From: Gammaproteobacteria bacterium
GTDB lineage: Bacteria > Pseudomonadota > Gammaproteobacteria > JAADHQ01
DNA: 56,673 nucleotides
Assembly: GCA_011052215.1 (NCBI GenBank)
Contig: DRJK01000168.1
Location: forward strand, 1-56,673
Direction of reading: 5' to 3'
The notes under the pieces are model-generated. The model was not told the DNA's origin, did not search any database, and saw only the letters and a list, made by a program, of their open reading frames with translations. This document shows positions 43,672 through 54,153 of the stretch, in pieces; the stretch's first letter is position 1, and each line of letters opens with the position of its first letter. The translations under genes were made by a program, and so were the position numbers.

Positions 43672-46600
43672 TTAAACTGCCACCTCCTCATCTGCATCGC
43701 TCAGAGGTCTTGGTCTGTCAATATAAAAGCCCTGCACGTAATCTACGCCAATTTTTTCCAGTCTTTCCAGTATATCCTTGTCCTCAACAACTTCTGCAAT
43801 GGTTTTAATTCCCATTAAATGACCAATCCTGTTAATTGATGAAACCATTGCGTAATCCACCGGATCCTGTGCAATATCCCTGATAAAACTGCCATCAATT
43901 TTCAAAAGATCAACATCCAGATTTTTCAGATATGCGAATGAACTCAGGCCACTACCGAAATCATCAAGTGCAAACTTACATCCGGCCTCATGTAGTTGAT
44001 CAATAAAAATACGCGCGCTATCAAAATTTGCCACTGCGGCAGTTTCTGTTATTTCAAAGCAGATAATTGACGGATCTATATTATATTTTTTCATACTTTC
44101 CAGTATGTAATTCAGCATTTTTTTATCACCAACTGACTGGCCTGACAAGTTGATCGTGTAGGACATATTTTTAACAGGCCGGTCTTGTATCATGGCAAAT
44201 ACATCATTGATTACCCATTGATCGATATTAGACATCAGATGATATCTTTCTGCTGCCGGAATAAAAGCGCCGGGTAAAACAATATCCCCATTCTCATCAA
44301 GCATGCGAACAAGAATCTCGGAATACCAGACAACACCATTTTGAACAGGCTGAATAAGCTGGTAATAAGAGACAAATCTTCCCTCATCCAATGCCTGCTG
44401 AATTCGATGAACCCACTGCATCTCGCTCTTATGCTTCACCAGATCTGTATCGCCTTGCTGGTATTTATGTATTCGATCACGACCCAGATCCTTGGCCACG
44501 TAACAGGCCGCATCTGCCTCACTCAGCAATTCGGTAACGCTGATACTATTACGGGTTACCGGCACAACACCGATACTGACACCCAGCTCAAAAGTTTTTT
44601 CATCCCAGCTAAACCTGAATTCCTTGATCGCCTTTCTGATTTTCTCAAGAATCGAGTCGGCGCGGTCCATCCTGCATCCATACAATAACAGACCGAATTC
44701 ATCACCACCCAACCTGGCAAGTACATCATTGCTGCGAATATCAGTAACCAGTAACTGCGCTAATTGCTTCAGTAACCTGTCACCGGCAACATGCCCGCAG
44801 GTATCATTGACAACCTTGAACTGATCGAGATCCATGTAACACAAGGTATGATTACTTCCTGTTTTTTTGCTTTTATCCAGTGCCAGACCCAGTTGGTGGT
44901 CGAATTCACGTCGGTTAATCAGGCCCGTCAATGAGTCATGTGAGGCCTGGTAACTGAGTTTTTGTGTCAACTTCCACATATCGGAAATATCATGAAGAAC
45001 CATCACGACACCTTTTATATTACTGTCCTGGTCTCTCATTGGTGAGGTTGTCAGTTTTACCGCAAACCTTGCGCCATCATAGCGTATGGCATTTATATGT
45101 TCTGAAAAGACAACAACCTCCTCTTCAGAAATACATCTTTCTACCGGATCTTCGATAGTCACATTTGTTGTTGCATCAGAAAAACAAAGATAAGTTGATA
45201 AACTATTATTGATTGCCGATTCCCCGGAACAACCCAGCATCTGTTCGGCATAGGGGTTAATATAAATAATCCTGCCTTGTGTATCTGTCGTGATCACACC
45301 GTCACCGATAGAACGTAAAGTAATATGCGCTCTTTCCTTTTCCTCGAACAACTCGGCCTGTGCATTTTTGATCCTGGTAATATCACGCGTTACACCTTCA
45401 ACACCATCAACCTTGCCGCTATCGTCATAATGGTATTGTGCACTGGTTGAAACCCATACTTCACGCCCGTCAGCATGTCGTATTAACGACTGATAATTTT
45501 GCAAACTACCACCACTGGCTCTCAGTGCCTCCAGAAATTCCTTACGACCCTCCGGGTCAACATAATATGAAGTAAGCTCCTTTCCTATCACATCTTCAAA
45601 CTCATATCCAAGCATATTGCCGATCGATCTGGACAAGCGAATAATTTTACCGTCGAGGTTGGTGCGATAGTAGGTATCCTGCATATTATCCAGAATAGCG
45701 CGTAACTCCTCTTCTGATTGTCTGAGGCGTTGATCCTTCAATATTCTTTCTGTAGTATCATGTAACGACAGAACTGCACCAATACTATTGCCTTTTTCAT
45801 TTATTATTGCCTGACCACTCACGACAACGCTGCGCTGACCGGTTTCCAGTTTTAATATCAGTTCCTGTGGATCAAGAAAATTATTTTCCAGTACACGTAA
45901 AAAAGGATTCTCTTCATAAGTCAGCGGTCTTGATCCTTCAGAATCAAAAAATGTAAAATAGTCCTGCCAATGACTGCCATCAATAGCCACCTCGCCCAGG
46001 TCTCCAACTCTTATTGCCGCCTTGTTAAACAGGGTTACCCGCCCATCATTATCACATGCTACAACACCATCGGTTATACTGTTCAATAATGCCTTCAGAA
46101 AATTTCGTTCAAGATGTAATGAATGCTCAAGCAACACCTTTTTCTGGATTTGTCTCTCCAACTCATCTTTTGCGTTGCTCACACGCCTGTTAAAGAAAAT
46201 CACATAAAGCAGGAAGACTGCCATTGTCAAAACCAGTGATACTACAAAAATAATCCACCACATATATTTTTTCAGTAATAGCGCAGCTGAAAATGGCTTC
46301 ACATTCTTGTAATGGCCCACCTGCAGATCTCTCATCAAATCATGAATCACCTCGTAATTAGCTGGTTCACTCCAGCCGGTAACCCGTACGCGCCCCAATC
46401 TGATGACATTTGCCGGCATATTTAACAGTGCCGTATGAACCTTGCCAGCCAGTTCCTGATCGGTGTCGGCCAGTCGTGCAAATGGCCACTCCGGATAGAG
46501 TGATGTACTCAATAGATAGGGGAATTTTTTATCTTTCTTTCGTTGCAATACCCTGAAATTATCCAGCTTGATCTGCCCCTTGTCAGCCATCTGCTCAAGG

Positions 46601-47238
46601 ATACCGGTGCGTACCGTCCCGGCGTCAACGAGACCATCTCTTACAGCCAGAACGACCCCCGCCTGCGGAAAACCACTAAACCGCAGTTCTTTCATTTCTG
46701 TGAAGGGATCAATATTATTTTTTTTCAGTTCCCGCCATGCCATCTGAAAACCACCAAACGCCCCTGGTTTGACGCCCATAAAGGACTTGTTCGTCAGGTC
46801 ATTCAACGAATGTATATTTTCATTCTTCCTGGTAAAAATAACTGCACCGAATGAACTGATATCTATCCCCTTGTACTCTTTTTTCATTGTTGCAAGGGGT
46901 GATATATTAAACTGCCTCTCAAGATCAACATAATTACCGGAGTTGGTCAGAATAAAATCAACGGCATGGCTGGAAACCACGTCATGCATCTCCGAAAGAT
47001 GTAACGGGACAATCTGGAAATTATAACCGGGCAATGAATCTTTTAGATATTTGGAAAGTGGGGCCCAGGTTTTTAATGCAACATCGCCACCATGGATGGC
47101 GAGCACACCAATCCTGACAGTTTCATCTGCAACAGCATGGAATGAAAGAAGAGGGAAAATTATACAAATGATCAAAAACCGTTGCAACAGATGTCCCCGG
47201 GTAAAACAGGATTTCCAATTTTGAAAATATTTAACCAT
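43672..47238 (-). CDS. Membrane c-di-GMP signalling protein (periplasmic PhnD-like binding domain, 3 PAS, GGDEF, EAL)
   Basis: N-terminal VRIGVLA...DAGTVRTG...YPEWPFA domain, a TM helix, PAS repeats, RLGGDEF, EILVR and DDFGSGLSS. Confidence 0.92.
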   Translation of the reverse strand: MVKYFQNWKSCFTRGHLLQRFLIICIIFPLLSFHAVADETVRIGVLAIHGGDVALKTWAPLSKYLKDSLPGYNFQIVPLHLSEMHDVVSSHAVDFILTNSGNYVDLERQFNISPLATMKKEYKGIDISSFGAVIFTRKNENIHSLNDLTNKSFMGVKPGAFGGFQMAWRELKKNNIDPFTEMKELRFSGFPQAGVVLAVRDGLVDAGTVRTGILEQMADKGQIKLDNFRVLQRKKDKKFPYLLSTSLYPEWPFARLADTDQELAGKVHTALLNMPANVIRLGRVRVTGWSEPANYEVIHDLMRDLQVGHYKNVKPFSAALLLKKYMWWIIFVVSLVLTMAVFLLYVIFFNRRVSNAKDELERQIQKKVLLEHSLHLERNFLKALLNSITDGVVACDNDGRVTLFNKAAIRVGDLGEVAIDGSHWQDYFTFFDSEGSRPLTYEENPFLRVLENNFLDPQELILKLETGQRSVVVSGQAIINEKGNSIGAVLSLHDTTERILKDQRLRQSEEELRAILDNMQDTYYRTNLDGKIIRLSRSIGNMLGYEFEDVIGKELTSYYVDPEGRKEFLEALRASGGSLQNYQSLIRHADGREVWVSTSAQYHYDDSGKVDGVEGVTRDITRIKNAQAELFEEKERAHITLRSIGDGVITTDTQGRIIYINPYAEQMLGCSGESAINNSLSTYLCFSDATTNVTIEDPVERCISEEEVVVFSEHINAIRYDGARFAVKLTTSPMRDQDSNIKGVVMVLHDISDMWKLTQKLSYQASHDSLTGLINRREFDHQLGLALDKSKKTGSNHTLCYMDLDQFKVVNDTCGHVAGDRLLKQLAQLLVTDIRSNDVLARLGGDEFGLLLYGCRMDRADSILEKIRKAIKEFRFSWDEKTFELGVSIGVVPVTRNSISVTELLSEADAACYVAKDLGRDRIHKYQQGDTDLVKHKSEMQWVHRIQQALDEGRFVSYYQLIQPVQNGVVWYSEILVRMLDENGDIVLPGAFIPAAERYHLMSNIDQWVINDVFAMIQDRPVKNMSYTINLSGQSVGDKKMLNYILESMKKYNIDPSIICFEITETAAVANFDSARIFIDQLHEAGCKFALDDFGSGLSSFAYLKNLDVDLLKIDGSFIRDIAQDPVDYAMVSSINRIGHLMGIKTIAEVVEDKDILERLEKIGVDYVQGFYIDRPRPLSDADEEVAV

Positions 47239-47274
47239 TCACTGAATTCTGCTGTTTTTGTTTGTATCTGAATC

Positions 47275-47505
47275 CACTGCTGTCCCGTTAACTTTATGAA
47301 GCATATAACAATGTGAGGACATGAAACCGGTAGGCCTGATCAAGACCGTCTGCCGCACGGATGCGGCAGCCGAGCCGCCATGGATGGCATGTTTTGCGCG
47401 TCTTGATCCGGCCTACCGGTTTCATGTCCGGATTACTCTATCTAGCCCGAAACGTACTTGCCGCTTACATTTCAACTATATTCGCCATGGGTTAACGGGA
47501 CAGTG
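47275..47505 (+). mobile_element. MITE-like element copy 3 (231 bp, opposite orientation to copies 2 and 4)
   Basis: CACTGCTGTCCCGTTAAC ... GTTAACGGGACAGTG, with a 3-nt deletion in the right TIR. Flanks are ATCTGAATC and ATCTGAACC. Confidence 0.9.
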
Positions 47506-47572
47506 ATCTGAACCACAATGCATACATGCTCCCTGCCTGCATGACAGCGTTTACATCAATCCAGGGTAGCCT

Positions 47573-48787
47573 TCATTGCTTTCTGGCGGCGATCCGCATT
47601 CTCAAGGCATTAAGTTTGATAAAACCCTCGGCATCTTTCTGGTTATATGCCCCTTCATCATCTTCAAAGGTGGCAATATTTTCATCAAACAGGCTATCTG
47701 TTTCTGACATTCTGCCAATAACATTAACATTACCTTTATACAACTTCAGTCTGACTGTTCCATTCACCGTACTCTGTGAGGCATCTATCATTTTCTGAAT
47801 CATCAGACGCTCCGGACTCCACCAGTAACCGTTATAGATCAGGCTTGCATAACGCGGCATCAGTTCGTCTTTCAGGTGTGCCACTTCGCGATCCAGTGTG
47901 ATTGACTCGATCGCACGATGCGCCTTGAGCATGACCGTGCCTGCGGGTGTTTCATAACAACCGCGTGATTTCATTCCTACATACCGGTTTTCAACAATAT
48001 CATCACGGCCAATTCCATTATTGCCTGCAACCCGGTTTAGTGTTTCCATGACCCGGGCAGGAGAAACAGCCTTTCCATCTATTGATACGATATCGCCTTT
48101 TTCATACCCCAGTTCTATGCAGGTTGCCTTATCAGGTGCCTTTTCAGGTGAAACTGTCCAGCGCCACATATCCTCTTCCGGTTCGGCCCATGGATCTTCC
48201 AGTATTCCGCCCTCATATGAAATATGAAGTGAATTGGCATCCATTGAATAAGGTGACTTTCCGCCTCTTTTCTGTTCGACGCTGATGCCATTCTTTTCTG
48301 CATAGGCCATCAGTTTTTCACGTGAATTCAGGTCCCACTCACGCCAGGGGGCAATAACCTTTACATCCGGCATCAGCGCATAGGCACCCAGTTCAAACCG
48401 CACCTGGTCATTACCCTTGCCGGTTGCCCCATGCGAGATTGCATCTGCTCCGGTTTTACGGGCAATTTCAACCAGACGTTTGGCTATCAATGGCCGGGCA
48501 ATCGATGTCCCCAGCAAGTATTCACCCTCATAAATCGTGTTGGCGCGAAACATGGGGAATACATAGTCACGTGCAAATTCCTCACGTAGATCCTCTATAT
48601 ATATTTCCCTGATTCCGTATGCCTCGGCCTTTGCACGTGCTGGTTCGACCTCTTCCCCCTGACCAATATCGGCCGTAAAGGTGACTACCTCACATCCATA
48701 GGTATCCTCGAGCCATTTCAAAATAACCGACGTATCCAGACCGCCTGAATATGCCAGCACGACCTTCTTGACCCCTGTCTTTGACAT
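47573..48787 (-). CDS. argG: Argininosuccinate synthase
   Basis: [23 protein letters not shown] and [16 protein letters not shown]. Confidence 0.98.
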   Translation of the reverse strand: MSKTGVKKVVLAYSGGLDTSVILKWLEDTYGCEVVTFTADIGQGEEVEPARAKAEAYGIREIYIEDLREEFARDYVFPMFRANTIYEGEYLLGTSIARPLIAKRLVEIARKTGADAISHGATGKGNDQVRFELGAYALMPDVKVIAPWREWDLNSREKLMAYAEKNGISVEQKRGGKSPYSMDANSLHISYEGGILEDPWAEPEEDMWRWTVSPEKAPDKATCIELGYEKGDIVSIDGKAVSPARVMETLNRVAGNNGIGRDDIVENRYVGMKSRGCYETPAGTVMLKAHRAIESITLDREVAHLKDELMPRYASLIYNGYWWSPERLMIQKMIDASQSTVNGTVRLKLYKGNVNVIGRMSETDSLFDENIATFEDDEGAYNQKDAEGFIKLNALRMRIAARKQ

Positions 48788-48830
48788 TGATTACTCCTGA
48801 CTGCAACATAATGTTTATTATATCGTTATT

Positions 48831-49065
48831 CACTGCTGTCCTGTTAACCTGTAACAAATATAGTTGAAACATAAACGGCAAGTCGGTTTTGAGCTAAACA
48901 GGGCATTGCGGACATGAAACCGGCATGGCCAGATAAAGACACGCAAGTGATGCCATCCCTGGCCGCTCGGCTGCCGCATCCCTGCGGCAGCCGGTCTTTA
49001 TCTGGCCATGCCGGTTTCATGTCCTCACATTGATGCTTGCTTCAAAAGTTAACGGGACGGCAATG
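48831..49065 (-). mobile_element. MITE-like element copy 4 (235 bp) with a perfect 9-bp target-site duplication
   Basis: CACTGCTGTCCTGTTAAC ... GTTAACGGGACGGCAATG. ATCGTTATT occurs at both 48822-48830 and 49066-49074. Perfect 31-bp internal stem, 48910-48940 with 48994-49024. Confidence 0.93.
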
Positions 49066-49082
49066 ATCGTTATTATAATACT

Positions 49083-49952
49083 TCATTCCCGTTCCAACTC
49101 CACCCTCACACGCCTGTTTTTTGCCCTTCCCTTCGCAGTACTGTTACCACGAGCGGGTTTACGTTTTCCGAAATATTTGACGTTTAGTTTGGATATTGGA
49201 ACCTTGCGGCTTATCAGGTAATCCCTGACTGCCAATGCACGCCGCTCGGATAATTCATTATTATCGGTATGCGTTCCAACATTATCCGTATGACCGGCTA
49301 CATAGACTTTTTTTACACTGTGATCACGGATCAGGTACGCAATCATGCCCTCGAGTTTACGTTTTGCCTTTACAGTAAGCTTGTATCGGCCGGAATTGAA
49401 GTACAACATGGATTTTTTTACTTTATTGTAATCATACGGGATAATCTGTCCCACACAGACCCGGAACTTTGCCAACGCATCACGGAATCTTACCGTTGAT
49501 AATACTGCCGATACATCGTCATGCCCGTCGCCCCAATCCTTGAATTTAAAAACGGGGCGCATTCCCTGCTCAAGTTCTGACAGCAATCTTAAACTCAGCT
49601 TTCTATTGAATCGAAAGGGTGTTTCACCTCTTCTATAGGAATACTTGCCCAGGTTGCGCGATTTGCGATTATGCTTCCACTCAGGCGGCATGGATACCAG
49701 CGTAACCTTGCCTTTTCTAACCGGCGATTGATTAATGAAGAACCGGAATTTCTGGCGGTAACCGGCCAGTTGGTAAAATTCGGCCTGACCAAAAAATTTG
49801 ACCGGGTGTTTCAATGTACAGCGCAGGGGTGAAGAACTGGTTTCCCAGCTGGAATCTTCCAGGGTTGCTTCATAATTCAACTGGCCAGCCAGTGCCTGAC
49901 CGGCTGTGCCCGCTATAAGCCCCAGTACAAAAAACCGTATTAATTGCCGCAT
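49083..49952 (-). CDS. motY: MotY-like flagellar motor protein (MotY_N + OmpA domain)
   Basis: YEATLEDSSW..CTLKHPVKFFGQAEF N-domain with two Cys, then OmpA motifs GHTDNVG, LSERRA and NRRV. Confidence 0.85.
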   Translation of the reverse strand: MRQLIRFFVLGLIAGTAGQALAGQLNYEATLEDSSWETSSSPLRCTLKHPVKFFGQAEFYQLAGYRQKFRFFINQSPVRKGKVTLVSMPPEWKHNRKSRNLGKYSYRRGETPFRFNRKLSLRLLSELEQGMRPVFKFKDWGDGHDDVSAVLSTVRFRDALAKFRVCVGQIIPYDYNKVKKSMLYFNSGRYKLTVKAKRKLEGMIAYLIRDHSVKKVYVAGHTDNVGTHTDNNELSERRALAVRDYLISRKVPISKLNVKYFGKRKPARGNSTAKGRAKNRRVRVELERE

Positions 49953-49995
49953 CGTCCTCACATGTTTATCTTTAAGAATCAGGTGCCTATCCATG

Positions 49996-50022
49996 TTAGC
50001 GGTCTATCGGGGTATTTCTTTA
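49996..50022 (-). promoter_or_regulatory. Possible sigma28-type promoter for motY
   Basis: TAAAGAAA-N11-ACCGCTAA on the minus strand. Confidence 0.4.
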
Positions 50023-50046
50023 TAGGCAGGGCTCAGAATGCCTGTA

Positions 50047-53000
50047 TCATCTCTTCTTGCGACTGCTGCGACGCAATCGTGACAGCAGTCTCCGCGACAT
50101 TTCACCGAACATCTCGGTCTGCGTTGGATGTGGATGAATGGCATGAGCGACCTGTTCCAGCGTCAGCTCGCCCGCCACCATCATGACGCCCTCACCAATC
50201 AGGGTATCGGCATGGTCAGCCAGGAAATGGACACCGACAATCCGATGATTTGATTTATCTGCCACAATTTTGATCATTCCATGTATTTCGTTGGTAATCA
50301 TGGCCTTGGCATCAATACTCATCGGCATTTTCACTTCGACAGCATCGATCCCTTTTGATTTGGCCTGATCAACAGACAGACCAACGAAAGCGGCCTCCGG
50401 TCGAGTGAATATGACCCCGCTATCCTTATCCTGATCATAACGCATGTCTTCACCAACGATGGTTGCCGCGGCCACCCGCCCCTGTTGCCCGGCTGTATGG
50501 GCCAGCATGAGGCCCCCCACCACGTCTCCAACCGCAAAAATGTGAGGGATACTGGTACGGCTGCGCGCATCGACCCTGATAACGCCCGCAACAGCCTCGA
50601 TACCGGCATTGTCCAGTTGTAATGGCTCCAGCACGGGCCGTTTCCCGGTTGCCATCAAGACGTAATCACAACTGAAGGTATGATCCTTGTCGTCGTCTTC
50701 GGAGGTGTAAACCAGCCTCATCGCACCCGGCTTGCCCTTGATGGACTTCACCTGTGCAGACGTATGAATACTCAGATTCGGATCATCATTCAACACCGCG
50801 GTCAGGTACCTGGCAATTTCCGGCTCCACTTCTGCCAGAATACGGTCCTGCCCTTCGATCAATTTAACCTTGCTGCCAAAGTCCTGGAATATTTGCGCCA
50901 TTTCCATGCCAATCGCACCACCACCGACAACACCCAGCCGTTTTGGCACTTCCTTCAACCCCCAGACGGTATCCGAGGTCAACACACCATTCTTTTTCAT
51001 GGCATCATGGGCACCGGGGATAGGTGGCACAAACGGGGGTGCGCCAGTTGCAATAACGGCACAACCAAAGCGGATGCGTTCTGATTTTGATCCATCACCC
51101 GCCGGGGCCCGCTGATGGGGATTGTTGCTGTTTCCAGATTGATCGATTTGCAGTGTGTGATCATCCTCGAACCGTGCGAAGCCGTGGATGTACTTTATTT
51201 TCACGCCCTTGTCTGTCTTGAGTGCCATCTCACCCCGCGTATCCAGTACATGGCGACGCGTCTTTTCCAGCTTGCTCCAGCTCAGTTTTGTATTGGTCGT
51301 ACCCTCTACGCCAAGGTGTACGTCATGGGCACGGTCACGGATGCGATCGGCAGCGGCACGCCAGGCCTTGGACGGGATGCAGCCTCGCCATAAACATTCG
51401 CCCCCCGGGAGCGGCGCATCATTAACCATGGCAACCTTGATACCATGCCCGGCGAGATCACGCGCACAATCCTCACCGCCTGGACCTGCACCGATGATAA
51501 CCACATCATAGTCCCAGTCACCTTCCGGAATAGCCGGGCCCGTTGGCCCCATCCAGGCATCCGGATGTTCGATCATGCCTTTCAGTGTGTTCAGATATAA
51601 CGCAACTTCGGCGCCATTAACGACGCGATGATCGGCGGTAATGGTCAACGGCATACCATCCGGCCCGGCTGAAGAGATGGCGAGGATGGCCGCCGTGCCC
51701 GGTGTCGGGATGGCATCAAAATAACTGACACCCAACATGCCCATATTGGAAACCATAAATGTCGGGTTTGAATATTCTTCCGGTGACAGACGGCGTTTAC
51801 GCGCACGATCAACCAGGTCTTTCCAGTTGTCGTTCAACTGGTCCAGGCCGGTGGATTCACATGCCCTCAGAATCGGTACAACCAGCCCGCCACCTTCTGA
51901 CGAAACCGCCATGCCAACATCGACCTGGCTTCGTTCAACCAGTTTGTCGACAGGCTGGTAACACCAGTTCATGGTTGGATGCCTGTGTATTGCCAGTGCA
52001 CAGGCCTTGGCTATGGAAACCGTGAGCGAGACACCTTTTTTCTTTGATGATTTTATCAGAGCCCCTGGTTTTACATTCACCGTGACATTAAATGTCGGCA
52101 TGCTTAACGATGATGACATGGTGTGACTGATTGCCCGCTCCATGGCATTCATGGGTCGGCCGTTACCCGGAACAATCACTTCAGAAACAGATGATGCAAG
52201 TGTTCCCGTTGGTGCCGCCTGCTGGCTTGCCAGCACATCTGCCGATGTAATTACACCTGCCGGCCCTTTACCCTGAACGTTGTTCAGATCGACCTTTGCC
52301 TGACCGGCAACTTTTCTTGCCAGCGGTGTTGCCTGTTTGTTATTCGGTCTGGATGCCGGAGTGGATGCCGATGCCGATTGAATCGTGTACGAAGAAGCCG
52401 TATTCGCTGTCGATGCTGATGGACTGTTTTCTGTCGATCCAGCCCCGGTTACATCTGATTTTATAATGGCACTTTCACTGACTACATGCTGCTCGCCCTC
52501 GACGAGATAGGCCATGGCAACACCCACGGCAACAACGCTGTCTACCTCTGCTATCGGTCCGGAAAGATAACCATCACGGAATACCTCGACATCCATAATG
52601 GCCTTGTCGGTTTCAACCTGCGCCACAATCTCGCCGCGTTTGATCCGGTCGCCTGCTGACTTGACCCACTCGACAACAATGCCTTCAGTCATGGTGTCGG
52701 AAAGTTGTGGCATTTTGATTGTATGCACCACCCCTTCAGGCTCGGGTGCTGCTTCTGTTGTCCGGGCATTATCACTGGGGCCGGTTGTTTCTGTCTCTAT
52801 CGGGTCATCACCGGCATCAGGGGTTGCTGCCGACGATTCACCCTCCTGCACCTTGTCCTGACTGTCAACAATATAGCCGACAGGACCACCCACCGGGACT
52901 GTACTGTCCACAGCAGAAAGCGGGCCGGAGAGAAAACCGTCACGAAAGACCTCGACATCCATGATCGCCTTGTCGGTTTCGACCGTCGCGACAATATCAC

Positions 53001-53103
53001 CACGTTCAACTTTATCGCCGACATCTTTTTCCCAGCTAACGATGACACCTTCGGTCATGGTGTCCGATAGTTGCGGCATTTTTATTTCATAAGGCTCTGA
53101 CAT
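50047..53103 (-). CDS. Fused dihydrolipoamide acetyltransferase (E2) and dihydrolipoamide dehydrogenase (E3)
   Basis: Two lipoyl domains (ETDKA twice), a subunit-binding domain (ATPLARK..GKGPAG), E2 catalytic SNMG and DHRVVNG, then in-frame E3 motifs GAGPGG, GGECLWRGCIPSK, GGGAIG and HPTQTE. Confidence 0.92.
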   Translation of the reverse strand: MSEPYEIKMPQLSDTMTEGVIVSWEKDVGDKVERGDIVATVETDKAIMDVEVFRDGFLSGPLSAVDSTVPVGGPVGYIVDSQDKVQEGESSAATPDAGDDPIETETTGPSDNARTTEAAPEPEGVVHTIKMPQLSDTMTEGIVVEWVKSAGDRIKRGEIVAQVETDKAIMDVEVFRDGYLSGPIAEVDSVVAVGVAMAYLVEGEQHVVSESAIIKSDVTGAGSTENSPSASTANTASSYTIQSASASTPASRPNNKQATPLARKVAGQAKVDLNNVQGKGPAGVITSADVLASQQAAPTGTLASSVSEVIVPGNGRPMNAMERAISHTMSSSLSMPTFNVTVNVKPGALIKSSKKKGVSLTVSIAKACALAIHRHPTMNWCYQPVDKLVERSQVDVGMAVSSEGGGLVVPILRACESTGLDQLNDNWKDLVDRARKRRLSPEEYSNPTFMVSNMGMLGVSYFDAIPTPGTAAILAISSAGPDGMPLTITADHRVVNGAEVALYLNTLKGMIEHPDAWMGPTGPAIPEGDWDYDVVIIGAGPGGEDCARDLAGHGIKVAMVNDAPLPGGECLWRGCIPSKAWRAAADRIRDRAHDVHLGVEGTTNTKLSWSKLEKTRRHVLDTRGEMALKTDKGVKIKYIHGFARFEDDHTLQIDQSGNSNNPHQRAPAGDGSKSERIRFGCAVIATGAPPFVPPIPGAHDAMKKNGVLTSDTVWGLKEVPKRLGVVGGGAIGMEMAQIFQDFGSKVKLIEGQDRILAEVEPEIARYLTAVLNDDPNLSIHTSAQVKSIKGKPGAMRLVYTSEDDDKDHTFSCDYVLMATGKRPVLEPLQLDNAGIEAVAGVIRVDARSRTSIPHIFAVGDVVGGLMLAHTAGQQGRVAAATIVGEDMRYDQDKDSGVIFTRPEAAFVGLSVDQAKSKGIDAVEVKMPMSIDAKAMITNEIHGMIKIVADKSNHRIVGVHFLADHADTLIGEGVMMVAGELTLEQVAHAIHPHPTQTEMFGEMSRRLLSRLRRSSRKKR

Positions 53104-53172
53104 AACAATCCAGCTTCGATACCCGGGTCAGTTTGAAAAACAGGAACACATGTCCCTGCCAATCAGTGGAAT

Positions 53173-54153
53173 TTATTTTCCAAACATCTTCAAAACGGAT
53201 TTTACCACATCCTGCGCATTGGGAATGGCTGCTTTTTCCAGTGTATGATTATAAGGGATAGGTACATTAAGTGCAGACACGCGCACAGGTGGTGCATCCA
53301 GTTCGAAGAAGCACTCTTCGTTAATAACAGCCATGACTTCTGCGCCAACACCGACGGCCGGTTCGGCCTCTTCAACAATCACTGCACGGTGTGTTTTACT
53401 CACAGATGCCGCGATCCCCACCCTGTCCAATGGGCTTAACGCATATAAATCGACTACCTCTGCATCAATGTCATGTTGTCTGGCCAGAATATCGGCCGCC
53501 TGCAAACACCAATGTACAGATATGTTGTAACCAAACAGGGTCACGTCCTTACCGGCCCGCGTTAGCTCGGAACCTTCCAGTGGCATGAAGAACTCATCAT
53601 CCGGGACCTCGCCTTTCATGTTGTACATAAGTTCATGTTCATTGATAAACACCGGGTCATTGCAACGGATGGCAGACTTGAGCAGGCCATAGACCTGTCT
53701 GGGACTGGAAGGTGTTATCACACGCAATCCGGCAATACCCATGAACACCTTTTCCATTCTGGCAGAATGCTGGGCGCCTAACTGGTGGGCCGTACCGCCA
53801 GGTGACCGTACCACAATGGGTGCAGTTAACTGGCCTCCGGACATATAACGAACCTTTGCAGCCGTATTGAAAATCTGGTCCATGGCCAACCAGGAAAAGT
53901 TAACCGACATAATTTCTATAACCGGCCGAATACCCAGGTAGGATGCACCTATGCCCAGGCCGGTATAACCATTTTCTGAAATAGGTGTATCAATAACACG
54001 CTCAGGCCCGTACTTGTCATAAAGACCATTGGTTGCCTTGTAGGTTCCACCGGCAATGGCAATATCTTCGCCCATGCAGATCACCAGTGGATCACGGGCC
54101 ATTTCCTCATCATGGGCACGGCGAATGGCTTCCCAGAACATTATTTCCGACAT
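53173..54153 (-). CDS. pdhB: Pyruvate dehydrogenase E1 beta subunit
   Basis: MGEDI, DTPISE, GAQHS and DAPPVRV. Confidence 0.9.
   Translation of the reverse strand: MSEIMFWEAIRRAHDEEMARDPLVICMGEDIAIAGGTYKATNGLYDKYGPERVIDTPISENGYTGLGIGASYLGIRPVIEIMSVNFSWLAMDQIFNTAAKVRYMSGGQLTAPIVVRSPGGTAHQLGAQHSARMEKVFMGIAGLRVITPSSPRQVYGLLKSAIRCNDPVFINEHELMYNMKGEVPDDEFFMPLEGSELTRAGKDVTLFGYNISVHWCLQAADILARQHDIDAEVVDLYALSPLDRVGIAASVSKTHRAVIVEEAEPAVGVGAEVMAVINEECFFELDAPPVRVSALNVPIPYNHTLEKAAIPNAQDVVKSVLKMFGK

Noticed and set aside
47321-47506. 61-aa ORF inside MITE copy 3 as a conserved peptide
   Set aside because: Copy 4 has a 1-nt indel that shifts the frame after the first few codons, so conservation is structural rather than coding.
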